Origin: Nitrospirota bacterium
Lineage (GTDB): Bacteria > Nitrospirota > UBA9217
Reading direction: 5' to 3'
DNA length: 64,000 bases
NCBI GenBank assembly: GCA_035623825.1
Contig: DASPSR010000021.1
Location: forward strand, 1-64,000
Below are positions 50,627 to 60,974 of this stretch, piece after piece. Position 1 is the first letter of the stretch. Every line of letters starts with the position of its first letter. Position numbers and translations under genes: made by a program. Below the pieces are notes generated by a model, which was not told the origin of the DNA, ran no database searches, and saw nothing but the letters and a program-made list of their open reading frames with translations.

Positions 50627-50667
50627 AAGGCCACGAAGGGTACAAAAGAGGACACGCCGAGCGGGCG

Positions 50668-51456
50668 CTATTTGCCGCTCTGTCCTTCGTAAACATACCT
50701 GCGAAGCACGGCAAGTGCGCTGTCAATTTCCTTCGACCTCGGGAGCGCTGCGGCAATGCCCTCGATATATCGCCTCGACTCCAGGATTCTCAGAGAGCTT
50801 GCGAAGTTGAGATCATAAATCCAAATCAACTGGAGCAATTTAAAGTCGTTCAAAGTCTTCAGCGCTGACATCCGGATCATCCGCTTGCTCGTCAAGGCTG
50901 TCAGGATTTCTGGGGAATATCCGGGGACATCTGGGAGTCCGAGCCCAACGGCTGATGCTCTTTTTCCCTCCGGCTGCCCGTAGTACTCAATGGCAACTCT
51001 CAAGATATCAAGCTTGTCGGCATCACGAACGAGTTTGAGGAAAAAAAGCATTTCCTGGTCAAGCCCGTTGGGCAGTGAATAGACATTGTGCAAGGTAACT
51101 GACCGTAATATAATGTCTCGCTCATGCCGGCGAAGGGCCCGCAGGACGTTATTCTCTATCAGCACCCGTGCTCCAAGGGACGCGTGATTTATCGAGACGC
51201 TGTCTTTGAATGTTTTGTACTTCTGATACTGCAGGAATCGGCCGATGTCATGGTACAAGGCGATCGTTTCAGCGAGTATGGCTCGCTCTTCGTCGAGCGA
51301 AATACCGTGCGCGATCTGCACGGTGTTTTCGCATACACGGGTAGTGTGTTCCTGTTTGAGGACGATATTTTGCTGGTCTTCCCGAGAGGATGTGTAAAAT
51401 GACCTGCAGTATTCGGCAAACCAGCGTTTGTGATCATTCAATTCGTGTTGGTCCAT
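50668..51456 (-). CDS. HD-domain phosphohydrolase
   Basis: K.EHT.RV, LYHDIGRF.QY..Y.TF.D..S.NHA, LHN, VRDADKLD. Confidence 0.88.
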   Translation of the reverse strand: MDQHELNDHKRWFAEYCRSFYTSSREDQQNIVLKQEHTTRVCENTVQIAHGISLDEERAILAETIALYHDIGRFLQYQKYKTFKDSVSINHASLGARVLIENNVLRALRRHERDIILRSVTLHNVYSLPNGLDQEMLFFLKLVRDADKLDILRVAIEYYGQPEGKRASAVGLGLPDVPGYSPEILTALTSKRMIRMSALKTLNDFKLLQLIWIYDLNFASSLRILESRRYIEGIAAALPRSKEIDSALAVLRRYVYEGQSGK

Positions 51457-51710
51457 ATGACTGATATCCGAACGCGGTAACTGATTGTACTGTATCGTCA
51501 TGTTTGCGTCAAGACCGTCCGGGATCCAATTCGGGATCAAAGCGGATGACCGTCAATTGGTCTCAGCATGGCTGGCGAGTCGTGCTCGGCAGGGGCTTAC
51601 AGGCAGGAAATCAATGGCCTGTTTGAGGATGCCTTGAAAAAGACTGAATTTATGATAAAGTTGAGTCAAACGAATGCGTAAAATGAAAGGGTCGTTAGGA
51701 GAAGCCCGTC

Positions 51711-52070
51711 ATGTTCATACGAAACCTGAAAGACTGCACAGAATTCGTTGCAGGAGACAACAGTGTCCTTCGGGAGATCCTCCACCCGGACAAGGCTGAC
51801 CTCAAGCTCCGTTACAGCCTTGCACACGCGAGAGTGAGGCCCGGTCAGACCACGAAGCCGCACCGGCTCAAAACCTCCGAGGTCTACTATATCATGGAGG
51901 GTGAAGGGGTCATGCATATCGACAGCGAGACCGGGATCGTGCGCCCCGGCTCGACGGTTTATATCCCTCCGAAGACGACACAGTTTATCAGCAATACCGG
52001 CAAGATGGATATTGTCTTTCTCTGCATCGTTGATCCGGCTTGGCGTCAGGAAGATGAAGAGGTATTTTGA
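51711..52070 (+). CDS. Cupin domain protein
   Basis: GD.S.LREILHP, YSLAHA.V.PG..T..H.L..SEVYYI..G.G, VYIPP, FLCIVDPAW. Confidence 0.88.
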   Translation: MFIRNLKDCTEFVAGDNSVLREILHPDKADLKLRYSLAHARVRPGQTTKPHRLKTSEVYYIMEGEGVMHIDSETGIVRPGSTVYIPPKTTQFISNTGKMDIVFLCIVDPAWRQEDEEVF

Positions 52071-52263
52071 CGCTGAACGCAAGATGAGATAGTGACTAGG
52101 AGGCCGCGGCGAGCATCTTGATTATTCTCGCACATCCAACCTAAGCGAACGTCAATAATTCCGCCGCGGATATATATAAAAAACCCTACGGACATCGATT
52201 GCCGCATCCGCGTTTTTTACATGAAAAAAGGGAATATTCCTACTTGATAAAAGCGAGAAGAAT

Positions 52264-53118
52264 ATGGAGATAGTCCGGTTAAAAAATAAAATGATAGCAA
52301 AGGTCATCACTCGTTTCCCGTCGCTGGCGAAGATGTTTATACGCTCCCACGATCCGTGGGAATCCGAAGACGTCCCGTGGACACCGGTGACGAAGTCTCT
52401 GGATGAGTCGAAGGTCGCCATTGTCACAACAGCGGGCGTTCATCATAAAGACCAGACTCCATTCGACATGGGTGATCCGGACGGCGACCCTTCATATCGG
52501 ATCATCGACATCCAAAAAAAGGTATCAAACCTAATGATCACGCACGATTACTATGACCATTCCGATGCCGACCGGGACATTAATATTGTCTTTCCCATCC
52601 AAAGGCTGCAAGAGTTCGAGAAAGAAGGAGTGATTGGTCGCATGGCGAATATCCATTACAGTTTTATGGGGCATATAACAGACAGGCATATCCTTACGCT
52701 TATCAGTAGTACCGCGCCAGAGGTCGCGCGAAGACTGATGGAGGATAACGTCGATGCCGTCCTGCTGACGCCCGGGTGAGGCATATGCAACCAGTCCGTG
52801 GGACTCATACAGAGGGAAATTGAACGGAAGGGGATCCCGACAGTCGGGATATCGATCGTGCGTGAATACTCTCGGAAGGTCAAGCCTCCAAGAACAATTT
52901 TTTTGAAATGGCCGTTCGGCCATCCCCTCGGCGAGCCGTTTCAAACTGCACAACAGCGGACTGTACTGGCGGAGGCATTTCAGGCTCTATACTCAATACA
53001 TGAACCGGGGTCGATCATAGATATCCCTTTTCGATGGAAAAGAGAGAAATATCTCGATGAAGTTGCGGACATACTTCGCAAGCAGGCCCGAAATAATCCC
53101 AGTGAATATTTCGAATGA
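52264..53118 (+). CDS. Selenoprotein of the D-proline/glycine reductase selenoprotein B family (PrdB/GrdB-like), Sec at TGA 52777-52779, 284 aa
   Basis: ORFs 52264..52779 and 52798..53118 are in frame; read-through gives LLTPG-U-GIC-NQSVGLIQREIE..GIPTV (UxxC); family motifs WTPV.K, TTAGVH, GDPSYR, H..YD, DINIVFP..RL, FMG, PPR, GHPLG. Confidence 0.9.
52784..52809 (+). promoter_or_regulatory. Candidate bacterial SECIS hairpin
   Basis: TATG/CATA lower stem and AGTCC-GTG-GGACT apical stem-loop; loop G about 19 nt after the UGA. Confidence 0.7.
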
Positions 53119-53345
53119 CAACGAGCATAGCTCCAAGCCGCGCCTGCGGGGACGGACGACAAGCAAATACCGCGGCTAGTGTTCATCAATGGAACTCACG
53201 ATTAGCAACTATGACATCTCTGATAGAAACAACGGTGTGTTCGTCATCTTCCGCTCTGCAGAGCAACTTGCCCCAAACGAGATATCCGTTCTAAGTGCGC
53301 GTTCAGCGAGACGGTCCGTCTGACAGCGCGGTGTGTTAGCGAGCG

Positions 53346-55169
53346 CTAAGTCTTCCCCAGCCTGGAAGCCAGTCGCGTGGTCTCGTTCAGCAGATTCTCG
53401 ACCTCATCCAGCCCCTTGTTCCAGAATGCTCTATCGGCGATGTCAATCCCGAGCCTGCTGAAAGTGTTCTTTGGAGAGTCGGACAGCCCGGCGGACAGAA
53501 ATTCCTTTACCTTATTGATAAACGCTGGATCTTTATTCACTTCCCTCTGGAGGGACTTGGATATCAAAAGACCGCTTGCGTAAGAATAGACATAGAAGAA
53601 GTACCGGATATGATGCCAGTAGACCCACCAGTTTTCCGAGCCTGGGGACTGTTCAACCGCGGGCCCCATGTAAGCCGCCATGTGCTTCTGGAAGATCCTC
53701 CCGATCTCTTTCTTTGACAGATATCCTTTCCTCCCGAACTCGCCATGCAAATCCTGTTCAAACCGGTAGCAGGCGACTTGGCGGAATATGGACGAGACGT
53801 CGTCGTTCACCTTTGCCATCATGACGGCAAGCCGCAGTTCATCGTCGGCCTCGCGTAGTATCTCCTTAAGCACGAAGTCCTCCATGAACGTACTCGCGAC
53901 CTCGGCCGTGGAAGTAGGCGTGCCGAAATCAAGGGCGTGCCGTTTTTCTTTGATAAGCTCGTTGTTGATGCCGTGTCCCACTTCGTGCGCAATGGTCAGG
54001 ACATCGTGCAACTTACCTGTGTGGTTGAGGAGGATGTATGTGGGCTGTGTGATGAGATGATGAATGCAGAATGCGCCGCTGTCCTTACTCTTCCTGGGGA
54101 ACACATCGATCTGTCCGTTCTCTATGAATCCGGTAAAGATATCGGCAAACTGACGGTCGAGCTTGTTCATCGCCCTAAGGACGATATTTATTGATTTTCC
54201 ATAGGGATAGTGCTTGGCTACCTCTCCGTACTCAACGTTCCTTTCATGATAGGCTAATTTATTAACCTTGAATAGTTTAGCCTTGAGCTTATAGTACCGG
54301 GTGGAGATAGCGAACCGCCTCGACACGGCATCAATGAGGGCATATACGACCTCGCTTTCAATATCATCGCTCAGATGCCGGAGACTGTCCGGCCGTGGAG
54401 CGCCGCGGAGTTCGTCGTCGATTTTCTTGTTCGCAAGCACGGAATTGAGCTCGGCCTCGGCTACGTCGACGTGCCTGTGCAGTATGTCATTAAAGGCGTC
54501 GGCGGCGGATTCGCGTGTCCTCTTTTTCCTGCTGTTCATGAGACTGATTATCTCTGCAAATGGCCGGACCCTCTTCCTGCCGTCCTCCGTGATGACGGGA
54601 CGTTCTTCCCTTGCGAGGAAACCGGCGGTCATTTTGGTCCAATTCGCGTATGAGGTAGCGGACTTGAGGTTCAGGATTTTCTCCTCAGGCTCGCTCAAGT
54701 TGTAGCGGGATTCGGCGAATACCCGTTCCAGAAAATGGCGATATGGCTTGAGGGCGTCATGCTCCAGAAATTTCTTCTGATCCTCCCGTTTGATGCCAGC
54801 TATGCGCAGGCGGAAGAACTGGCTGTCGTTGTCTATCTTCTTGCTGAATTCCTCGATCTTGTTGAACCGGGCTTTGAGCTTTGGATCGTTCTGGTCCTGC
54901 CGGGTGCGGAGCCAGAAGTAATACCCCTCATCGCCGTCCGTACCGTACCTCCGCTTCCAAGCTTCATAGGAGTCCAGCGCCTGACGGAGAGTCACGGGAT
55001 CTTCAAGATAGTCGGTACGATCTTTCCAAGCGCTGATGAACTTATAGCTCTCCTGTGCGAGAGATTTGCGCTTTTCTTTCATGCGAAGGTCGCTGTCGCC
55101 TAAGAAGAGGGGTTTCAGGTTCCAGACGAGCTGTTTTATGTCCAATCCCTTTTTGTGTGAACAAGGCAT
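53346..55169 (-). CDS. pepF: M3B oligoendopeptidase F family
   Basis: WNL..LF, IDVFPR..K.SGAFC, TIAHEVGH (HExxH), AEVASTF.E, W...HH...FFYVYSYA. Confidence 0.88.
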   Translation of the reverse strand: MPCSHKKGLDIKQLVWNLKPLFLGDSDLRMKEKRKSLAQESYKFISAWKDRTDYLEDPVTLRQALDSYEAWKRRYGTDGDEGYYFWLRTRQDQNDPKLKARFNKIEEFSKKIDNDSQFFRLRIAGIKREDQKKFLEHDALKPYRHFLERVFAESRYNLSEPEEKILNLKSATSYANWTKMTAGFLAREERPVITEDGRKRVRPFAEIISLMNSRKKRTRESAADAFNDILHRHVDVAEAELNSVLANKKIDDELRGAPRPDSLRHLSDDIESEVVYALIDAVSRRFAISTRYYKLKAKLFKVNKLAYHERNVEYGEVAKHYPYGKSINIVLRAMNKLDRQFADIFTGFIENGQIDVFPRKSKDSGAFCIHHLITQPTYILLNHTGKLHDVLTIAHEVGHGINNELIKEKRHALDFGTPTSTAEVASTFMEDFVLKEILREADDELRLAVMMAKVNDDVSSIFRQVACYRFEQDLHGEFGRKGYLSKKEIGRIFQKHMAAYMGPAVEQSPGSENWWVYWHHIRYFFYVYSYASGLLISKSLQREVNKDPAFINKVKEFLSAGLSDSPKNTFSRLGIDIADRAFWNKGLDEVENLLNETTRLASRLGKT

Positions 55170-55441
55170 TGTGCTACCTCCTTACCGGGAACGTCTGACA
55201 GTCCGCTTTCTGAGCTGCTCAGGTCTCTTTCCATGAGTCCGCCGAGCTTCCTATCTCCCTTTTACGACTTTCTCTCTTGTTCAAAAATTAACGCTTGACT
55301 TTTATGCTTAACTATGTAATTATTCTCCTGAAGTTCGGAAGTCTTTGTTGTGAGAGAAGCCGCAAAGATTGTACGCTTTGCGGTTTTTTTTGTGACATTG
55401 TCCGCAATCTTCACTAATCTACAGAAGGAGGTTCAACCTGA

Positions 55442-55642
55442 ATGGCAAAAGGTACCGTTAAATGGTTCAATGATTCCAAGGGTTTTGGATTCATTACCAA
55501 AGAAGAGGGCGGAGATGTTTTTGTCCACTTTTCCGACATCCAGGACAGCGGCTTTAAGTCTCTGGCCGAAGGTCAGAATGTGACGTTTGACGTTGTTGAC
55601 AGCCCCAAAGGCCCAAAAGCAGCTAATGTCGTAAAACTTTAA
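55442..55642 (+). CDS. cspA: Cold-shock protein
   Basis: GTVKWFN.SKGFGFI (RNP1), DVFVHFS (RNP2), GPKAANV; SD AAGGAGG. Confidence 0.95.
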   Translation: MAKGTVKWFNDSKGFGFITKEEGGDVFVHFSDIQDSGFKSLAEGQNVTFDVVDSPKGPKAANVVKL

Positions 55643-55659
55643 ATTAAACCTAACCTCTC

Positions 55660-55701
55660 AATAGGCAGACCCCCCACGAATCGGGGCCTGCCTATTCTTT
55701 T
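55660..55701. terminator. Intrinsic terminator between the convergent csp and tpx genes
   Basis: AATAGGCAGACCCC-loop-GGGGCCTGCCTATT followed by CTTTT. Confidence 0.75.
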
Positions 55702-55728
55702 ATCCTCCTGCATGCAGCAACTCCTGCC

Positions 55729-56262
55729 TCACGCAACCTTGACCATTCCAATAGTTCTATTAAGTGCTTCGAACACCTTTTCGTAGTTGGGGTGGTCGGT
55801 CTGCTCAGGAACAATCTCTTTGTACCGCAGGATGTTGTCCTTGTCGATGATAAAGATCGATCTTGCGAGAAGCCGCAGCTCTTTGATCAAGACGCCGTAG
55901 GCCGTGCCAAAGGATGCATCCCGATGGTTCGACAGCGCTTTTACCCGATCGATCGCCGCTACGGTGCAGAAGCGCGAAATCGCAAATGGAAGATCCATGC
56001 TGACGTTCAGCACCACTACATCAGCCGGCAGCGACGCCGCCTCATGGTTGAAACGCCGAGCCTGCAGATCGCAGACCGGAGTATCAAGCGACGGTGTTAC
56101 GCTGATTACCTTCGTCTTCCCACTGAAATCCCGCAGCTTCACATCGAGGAGTTCACCGCTCAGAACGGTAAAGTCCGGGACCCTGTCTCCGACCTTGAGG
56201 TCTGGCCCGAGCAAGCTAAGGGGCTTCCCTTTCATAGTTATGATACCCTTTCTTTCCTCCAT
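55729..56262 (-). CDS. tpx: Thiol peroxidase (atypical 2-Cys peroxiredoxin)
   Basis: PSLDTPVCD.Q.RRFN, SMDLPFA..RFC, LLARS.F, HPNYE. Confidence 0.94.
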   Translation of the reverse strand: MEERKGIITMKGKPLSLLGPDLKVGDRVPDFTVLSGELLDVKLRDFSGKTKVISVTPSLDTPVCDLQARRFNHEAASLPADVVVLNVSMDLPFAISRFCTVAAIDRVKALSNHRDASFGTAYGVLIKELRLLARSIFIIDKDNILRYKEIVPEQTDHPNYEKVFEALNRTIGMVKVA

Positions 56263-56642
56263 ATGTGCCGCCTCCTTCCGACAATTTTATCTTAAAATCC
56301 TCTTGCGATATCCGGATGTCATCAATTTACGACGACAGTGCCTCTTCCGGCTGCAGTCTAATCCGAATTCGCAGCCACATGTCTTCCGCAAACAAGGATA
56401 CCCTTTAATTAAGATAGAACATATCCTGTATAATGTCAAGGATTGCGTCTTATCTCTGCTTGGTATCGTGAAGCCATTGTGAGGGGAATGCGTTCAGCAC
56501 CACGATAGGCAAAATTCAAGTAGGACAAAGGTCGCAGAGAAAAACCAAGCCCGTACAGGAAAACGTCCACATGCCATGGTCATCTCAGAGGACCGCGCTT
56601 TTTTGCTTTTACTGCCTTATTCGTCATGGTATACTTCACCGC

Positions 56643-58169
56643 ATGATTAAGGACATGATTCCTCTCGATAAGATCCTGAAAGAAAGAGCTGCCTTGAATC
56701 CCCGTAGGACATTTGTAAAATTCAAAGGGGGAAAATATTCTTTTCGAGAAATGGACCGCCTTGCTGATGTGTTCTCATCGTTCCTTACAAAGCGGGGCAT
56801 GCGCTCTGGCGACCGGGTGGCCATTCTTTCCCATAATTGTGCACTCTATATCGCCTCATATTTCGGCATCATCAGGAGCGGTGCGGTCGTTCTGCCGCTC
56901 AACAACCTCTTGACCCATGAAGAGCTTGATTATATTCTCAGCGATGCAGGAGCTAGATTATGCTTTTATGACCTAGATTGCCGTGGTACTGTGGACCGGC
57001 TTGTCAAAAAAGGCGACCGAACATTCGTGATGCTGAGTGAAGTCGCTGCGTCCTCAGACGTCGCAGCAGCGATCCCGTCGGCCCACACCGTCGATGATAT
57101 TTCGACCATTCTCTATACCTCGGGAACAACGGGCCGGCCGAAGGGGGCGCTCCTCACACACCGCAATTTCATCACCAATGCCCGTGCTGCCACCGATATC
57201 ATTCATGTGACGAACAAGGATCGGCTCATCGTATTCCTGCCGCTGTTCCACTCATTCACCTACACGGTCTGTGTCATCTTACCGCTCCTCGTCGGTGCGA
57301 GGATAGCCATCCTGCCCTCAGTACGGCCCTTCTCCCAGGTGGTGAAGAGCCTCATCATCGACCGGATCACGATCCTTGTGGCGATCCCAACCGTTTATAA
57401 AATACTTGCTGAAAAGGACATGCCACGCCTCGTCAAGTTCCTGCTGAACCTGCGGCTCTGTGTCTCCGGTGCGGCGCCGCTCCCGGTTAACGTCGTTCAC
57501 AACTTCGAACGTGCGTTCAAGGTGCCGCTTCTCCAAGGGTACGGTCTCACCGAGGCGTCACCCATTGTCTCGATCAACCCGCTCGAGCCCGGCAGGAACA
57601 AGCCAGGCACGGTCGGTCTGCCGCTGCCTGGTCTGGAAGTGAAAGTAATAGATGACGAAGGGAACACATTGTCGCCTGATATCCCCGGCGAACTGGCTGT
57701 GAAAGGGCCAAGCGTCATGCAGGGTTACCTGAATCGCCCCGAAGAGACGGCGCAAACAATTAAGGACGGATGGCTTCACACGGGCGATATCGCCTCCATC
57801 GACGGCGAGGGATATATCAAGATCATCGACCGCAAGAAAGATATGATCATCGTCGACGGCCTAAATGTGTATCCCTATGAGGTTGAAGAAGTCCTGTGCC
57901 GGCACCCGGCTATCAAGGATTGCGCCATGATCGGCGTGGCTCATGAACACGATGAAGGGAAGGAATTGGCAATTATGTATATTGTCCAGCAGGACGGACA
58001 CTCAATCACCCCCAAGGCGTTACGGGAGTATCTCTCCGAGTACGTCGCGCATTATAAGATTCCGCGCAGATTCATCATGGTTCAGGACCTTCCCCGGACC
58101 GCGACGGGAAAGATCCTGAAGCGTGAGATCAGAGAGATGTATAAGGAAAAGAACCGACCCGTTTCATAA
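56643..58169 (+). CDS. fadD: Long-chain fatty-acid--CoA ligase (ANL family)
   Basis: YTSGTTGRPKG, LPLFH, SGAAPLP, QGYGLTE, GWLHTGD, DRKKD, LPRTATGKI. Confidence 0.88.
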   Translation: MIKDMIPLDKILKERAALNPRRTFVKFKGGKYSFREMDRLADVFSSFLTKRGMRSGDRVAILSHNCALYIASYFGIIRSGAVVLPLNNLLTHEELDYILSDAGARLCFYDLDCRGTVDRLVKKGDRTFVMLSEVAASSDVAAAIPSAHTVDDISTILYTSGTTGRPKGALLTHRNFITNARAATDIIHVTNKDRLIVFLPLFHSFTYTVCVILPLLVGARIAILPSVRPFSQVVKSLIIDRITILVAIPTVYKILAEKDMPRLVKFLLNLRLCVSGAAPLPVNVVHNFERAFKVPLLQGYGLTEASPIVSINPLEPGRNKPGTVGLPLPGLEVKVIDDEGNTLSPDIPGELAVKGPSVMQGYLNRPEETAQTIKDGWLHTGDIASIDGEGYIKIIDRKKDMIIVDGLNVYPYEVEEVLCRHPAIKDCAMIGVAHEHDEGKELAIMYIVQQDGHSITPKALREYLSEYVAHYKIPRRFIMVQDLPRTATGKILKREIREMYKEKNRPVS

Positions 58170-58193
58170 AAGAGATGCCAACTTGCTCAAATT

Positions 58194-58997
58194 ATGAAAG
58201 CCAACCTCCCGATCCAGCCCCCGCCACGCTCATCGCTCTCTGGAACCATAGTCATAACCGTTAACGTCCTTCTCCTCTCGGTTATTCCGTTTTCATTCCG
58301 CACAAGTCCCTGGGCAGTCGCCCTCGCAGTTCTACTCATCGTTGTCGCCGCCCGCATCAGGGAGATGCAAGCGTTTCACATTGCGTTGTTCACCGCTGCA
58401 CTCACCACCATGCCTTTTCTGCATTCGTCATTTCGCAACTGGCCCTGCAATCTTTTGATACCTATCATTGTCTATTTCGGCGTTGTCCTTGCCATTCCGC
58501 TTTATCGCAAATCCCTGCTGTGGCTGCGCGCCGGTCGTTTCGGAGAAGACAGCCTGCGCCTCGTGATGGCAACAGCCGTAGCTTCGGGTGTTGCTCTTTA
58601 TATCTGGTATCGGACCCAGGATCCTGACCTCTCAAGGCATCTTAAATATATGCCGGACGTACCTGCATGGCTTTATCCTCTCGTGGGGCTGGGATTTTCA
58701 GTGTTCAACGCTGCGATGGAAGAATTTGTGTTTCGCGGCGTGGTCATGCAGGCACTTGACAGCGCCTTTGGGCCCGATGGTCTCTCAGTTGCGATCCAAG
58801 CGTGGCTTTTCGGCGCCGGGCATTATCGTGAGGGGTTCCCGAATGGCGGGTGGGGGCTCGGCATGACCTGCGTCTACGGGATCATGCTTGGAACGATTCG
58901 CCGCCGCTCGCAGGGTATGTTCGCACCCTGGCTCGCACACGTCTGTGCGGACATGGTAATTTTCGTGATCCTTGCAGGAATTGTATTGCGATGGTGA
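58194..58997 (+). CDS. CPBP (Abi/CAAX) intramembrane glutamic endopeptidase
   Basis: Multi-TM; EEFVFRG, FGAGH, HVCAD motifs. Confidence 0.9.
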   Translation: MKANLPIQPPPRSSLSGTIVITVNVLLLSVIPFSFRTSPWAVALAVLLIVVAARIREMQAFHIALFTAALTTMPFLHSSFRNWPCNLLIPIIVYFGVVLAIPLYRKSLLWLRAGRFGEDSLRLVMATAVASGVALYIWYRTQDPDLSRHLKYMPDVPAWLYPLVGLGFSVFNAAMEEFVFRGVVMQALDSAFGPDGLSVAIQAWLFGAGHYREGFPNGGWGLGMTCVYGIMLGTIRRRSQGMFAPWLAHVCADMVIFVILAGIVLRW

Positions 58998-59200
58998 GTG
59001 GACCAAGACCGTAGGGCGCGACTGATGGTCAAGGATTTTCGACTTGACTTTGCCGGACATACTGCGTTAATGGAACCACTATCCGCAAAAGCAGTCGCTC
59101 GCACGAATGGGTCAACGTGCCTACGAGAGCACAATGAAAGAAGTCCGCCTATTTCTCAACCCCCATAACGCCGGCAAGGGGTGCCACGCTCTCCCGGATC

Positions 59201-59683
59201 TTAATGCTGCACTTCCGTCGCTGTGCTTTTTGACGCCGGCGCAGGAGGGGCCGGTCTCTCCAAGCTCCTTTTAGCTTCCTTCGCGCTCTTACCCGCAGGA
59301 GTGGCTGGGGGCGCCGAGGCCTTTTCTTGTTCAGGAGACGACGCCTGCTGAGCCTTTATTACTCGTGTTATCCTTGGGTCATCGATGAAGGGCCTGTACT
59401 TCTCCAGCGTAAATTCAACCTCGTCTTTCTCATTGACGAGTAGGTTGACCTCATCCCCCTTCTTTGTGAAGGTAGCAAGTAGCGCCCCCTGAGAGGTATC
59501 CACCGTCAAGAGAAGATCATTTCCTTTCTTCTCCTTCGCCAGAACAGTTCCTTTGACTACAGATTCCTTCCACATCAGCGAGTCCGGGATGTAAGGACGA
59601 ACATATTTCGGAAGAAAGATCGTGCACAGAACACCGATTGCGATTCCGAAGACGAAGGGGAACATTCTGGACTGCTTATGCAT
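59201..59683 (-). CDS. Membrane-anchored hypothetical protein with Pro/Ala-rich tail
   Basis: N-terminal TM, beta-rich core, low-complexity C-terminus; SD AAGGAG. Confidence 0.7.
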   Translation of the reverse strand: MHKQSRMFPFVFGIAIGVLCTIFLPKYVRPYIPDSLMWKESVVKGTVLAKEKKGNDLLLTVDTSQGALLATFTKKGDEVNLLVNEKDEVEFTLEKYRPFIDDPRITRVIKAQQASSPEQEKASAPPATPAGKSAKEAKRSLERPAPPAPASKSTATEVQH

Positions 59684-60119
59684 GATGTACTCTCCTTAGC
59701 GCAGAATATGGCCTGATTATACCTCAGCCCGCCGAGGATTGTAAAGGAGCTTTCAGCGGCAGAACTCACATTCCCGTGTTACGCAGATCACATTGGCCCG
59801 TCCAGCGTCCATTTCACATTCCCATGCGGCAATTAAATCCGGAAACCACCCTTACCCTGAGGATCCGTCAAACGCGGACCGTACCGCGGCCACGACGCCT
59901 AAGGTAATGACTTCATCCTGCACGCATCAACTTGAACATTCGCCCTGTGCCTTCCCGTACAAGCCGTTCGCGGTCGGTGGCCCGAGGCTTCAAGGAAAGG
60001 CAGCTGAAAAGACTTTACAGGAATTCAGGCGCTAGATCGCTTGATCGTATCATCGCGCTATTACGGTCATTAAGGTGTGCGGAACTTCGTATGCGGATTG
60101 TCGAGGTAATCCCGATGGA

Positions 60120-60578
60120 TCAATAGCTCGTATAATTAATAAGATTGTCAACCCATTTGACCAGGTCTGTCTTCTCCTTAGGTGCGCCATCTACACGAAT
60201 GATCTTCACGCCATTACGATAGACGATGAAGGTAGGTGTTTGCACGATCGCAAAGCGTTGTGCGAGGTATGCATCTATCTCGATATCGACCTTCATCACC
60301 TTGAGCCTGCCTGCTCGCTGCGCGGCCAGTTCATTCACCACGGGATCGAATATCCTGCAGTAGAGACACGATGCGGACGTGAATACGACAAGGAGCGTTT
60401 CCGGCCAGTATGCCACAATGCGATCGAAGCTCTCGGGTTTCGCCCATATGGGTTGTTGCGGGATCTCGAGAATAGACTTGCAATTGCCGCAAACTGGTTT
60501 GCTCGAGAGCTTTTCCGAGAGAACGCGGTTCACCATCAGGCAGTTGTTGCAGCGGATGAAGACGGAAGTTTCTGACAT
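60120..60578 (-). CDS. TrxC-like thioredoxin with N-terminal zinc finger and atypical active site
   Basis: CNNC..NRV...P.CGNC zinc finger; SASCLYC in place of WCGPC; KVDI, cis-Pro TPT. Confidence 0.8.
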   Translation of the reverse strand: MSETSVFIRCNNCLMVNRVLSEKLSSKPVCGNCKSILEIPQQPIWAKPESFDRIVAYWPETLLVVFTSASCLYCRIFDPVVNELAAQRAGRLKVMKVDIEIDAYLAQRFAIVQTPTFIVYRNGVKIIRVDGAPKEKTDLVKWVDNLINYTSY

Positions 60579-60974
60579 GTTTGTTGCAACCTCTTGTTCT
60601 TTAAAATTGTTGCCTCGACATCAAAAGCGACGAGCTCATTCTCATTGCAGGTAAGTTTAAGCAAAAGTGAGAAAATAGTCAAGCGGCAGAAACGGTCTTG
60701 AAAAGGCATGCGGCCTTGTTATCACCTCGATAGATAATTGATGGCCGACGCCTGATGCTGGATGAAACTGACGGCGGGGGAAAAGGGTCACGGGGATCGA
60801 TGCCCAGAGCTTATGGCCGAAAAAAAAGATATGGCCTGAAGCGCATTTCGATCTACGCATGTCGCGCGCCTCCTTCGTGCAAACAAAACCTGGATCAGAC
60901 CAAAAGATTTCGTCGAGATTTAGATTGCTATTTTCTCGTTTTATTCTTGCTCCCGTTTATGATAAGATGAGGCC

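Noticed and set aside
59700-60119. ncRNA, riboswitch or ORF 59793..60035 in the long intergenic gap
   Set aside because: No riboswitch consensus or credible SD/start recognised by eye; an Rfam scan would be needed.
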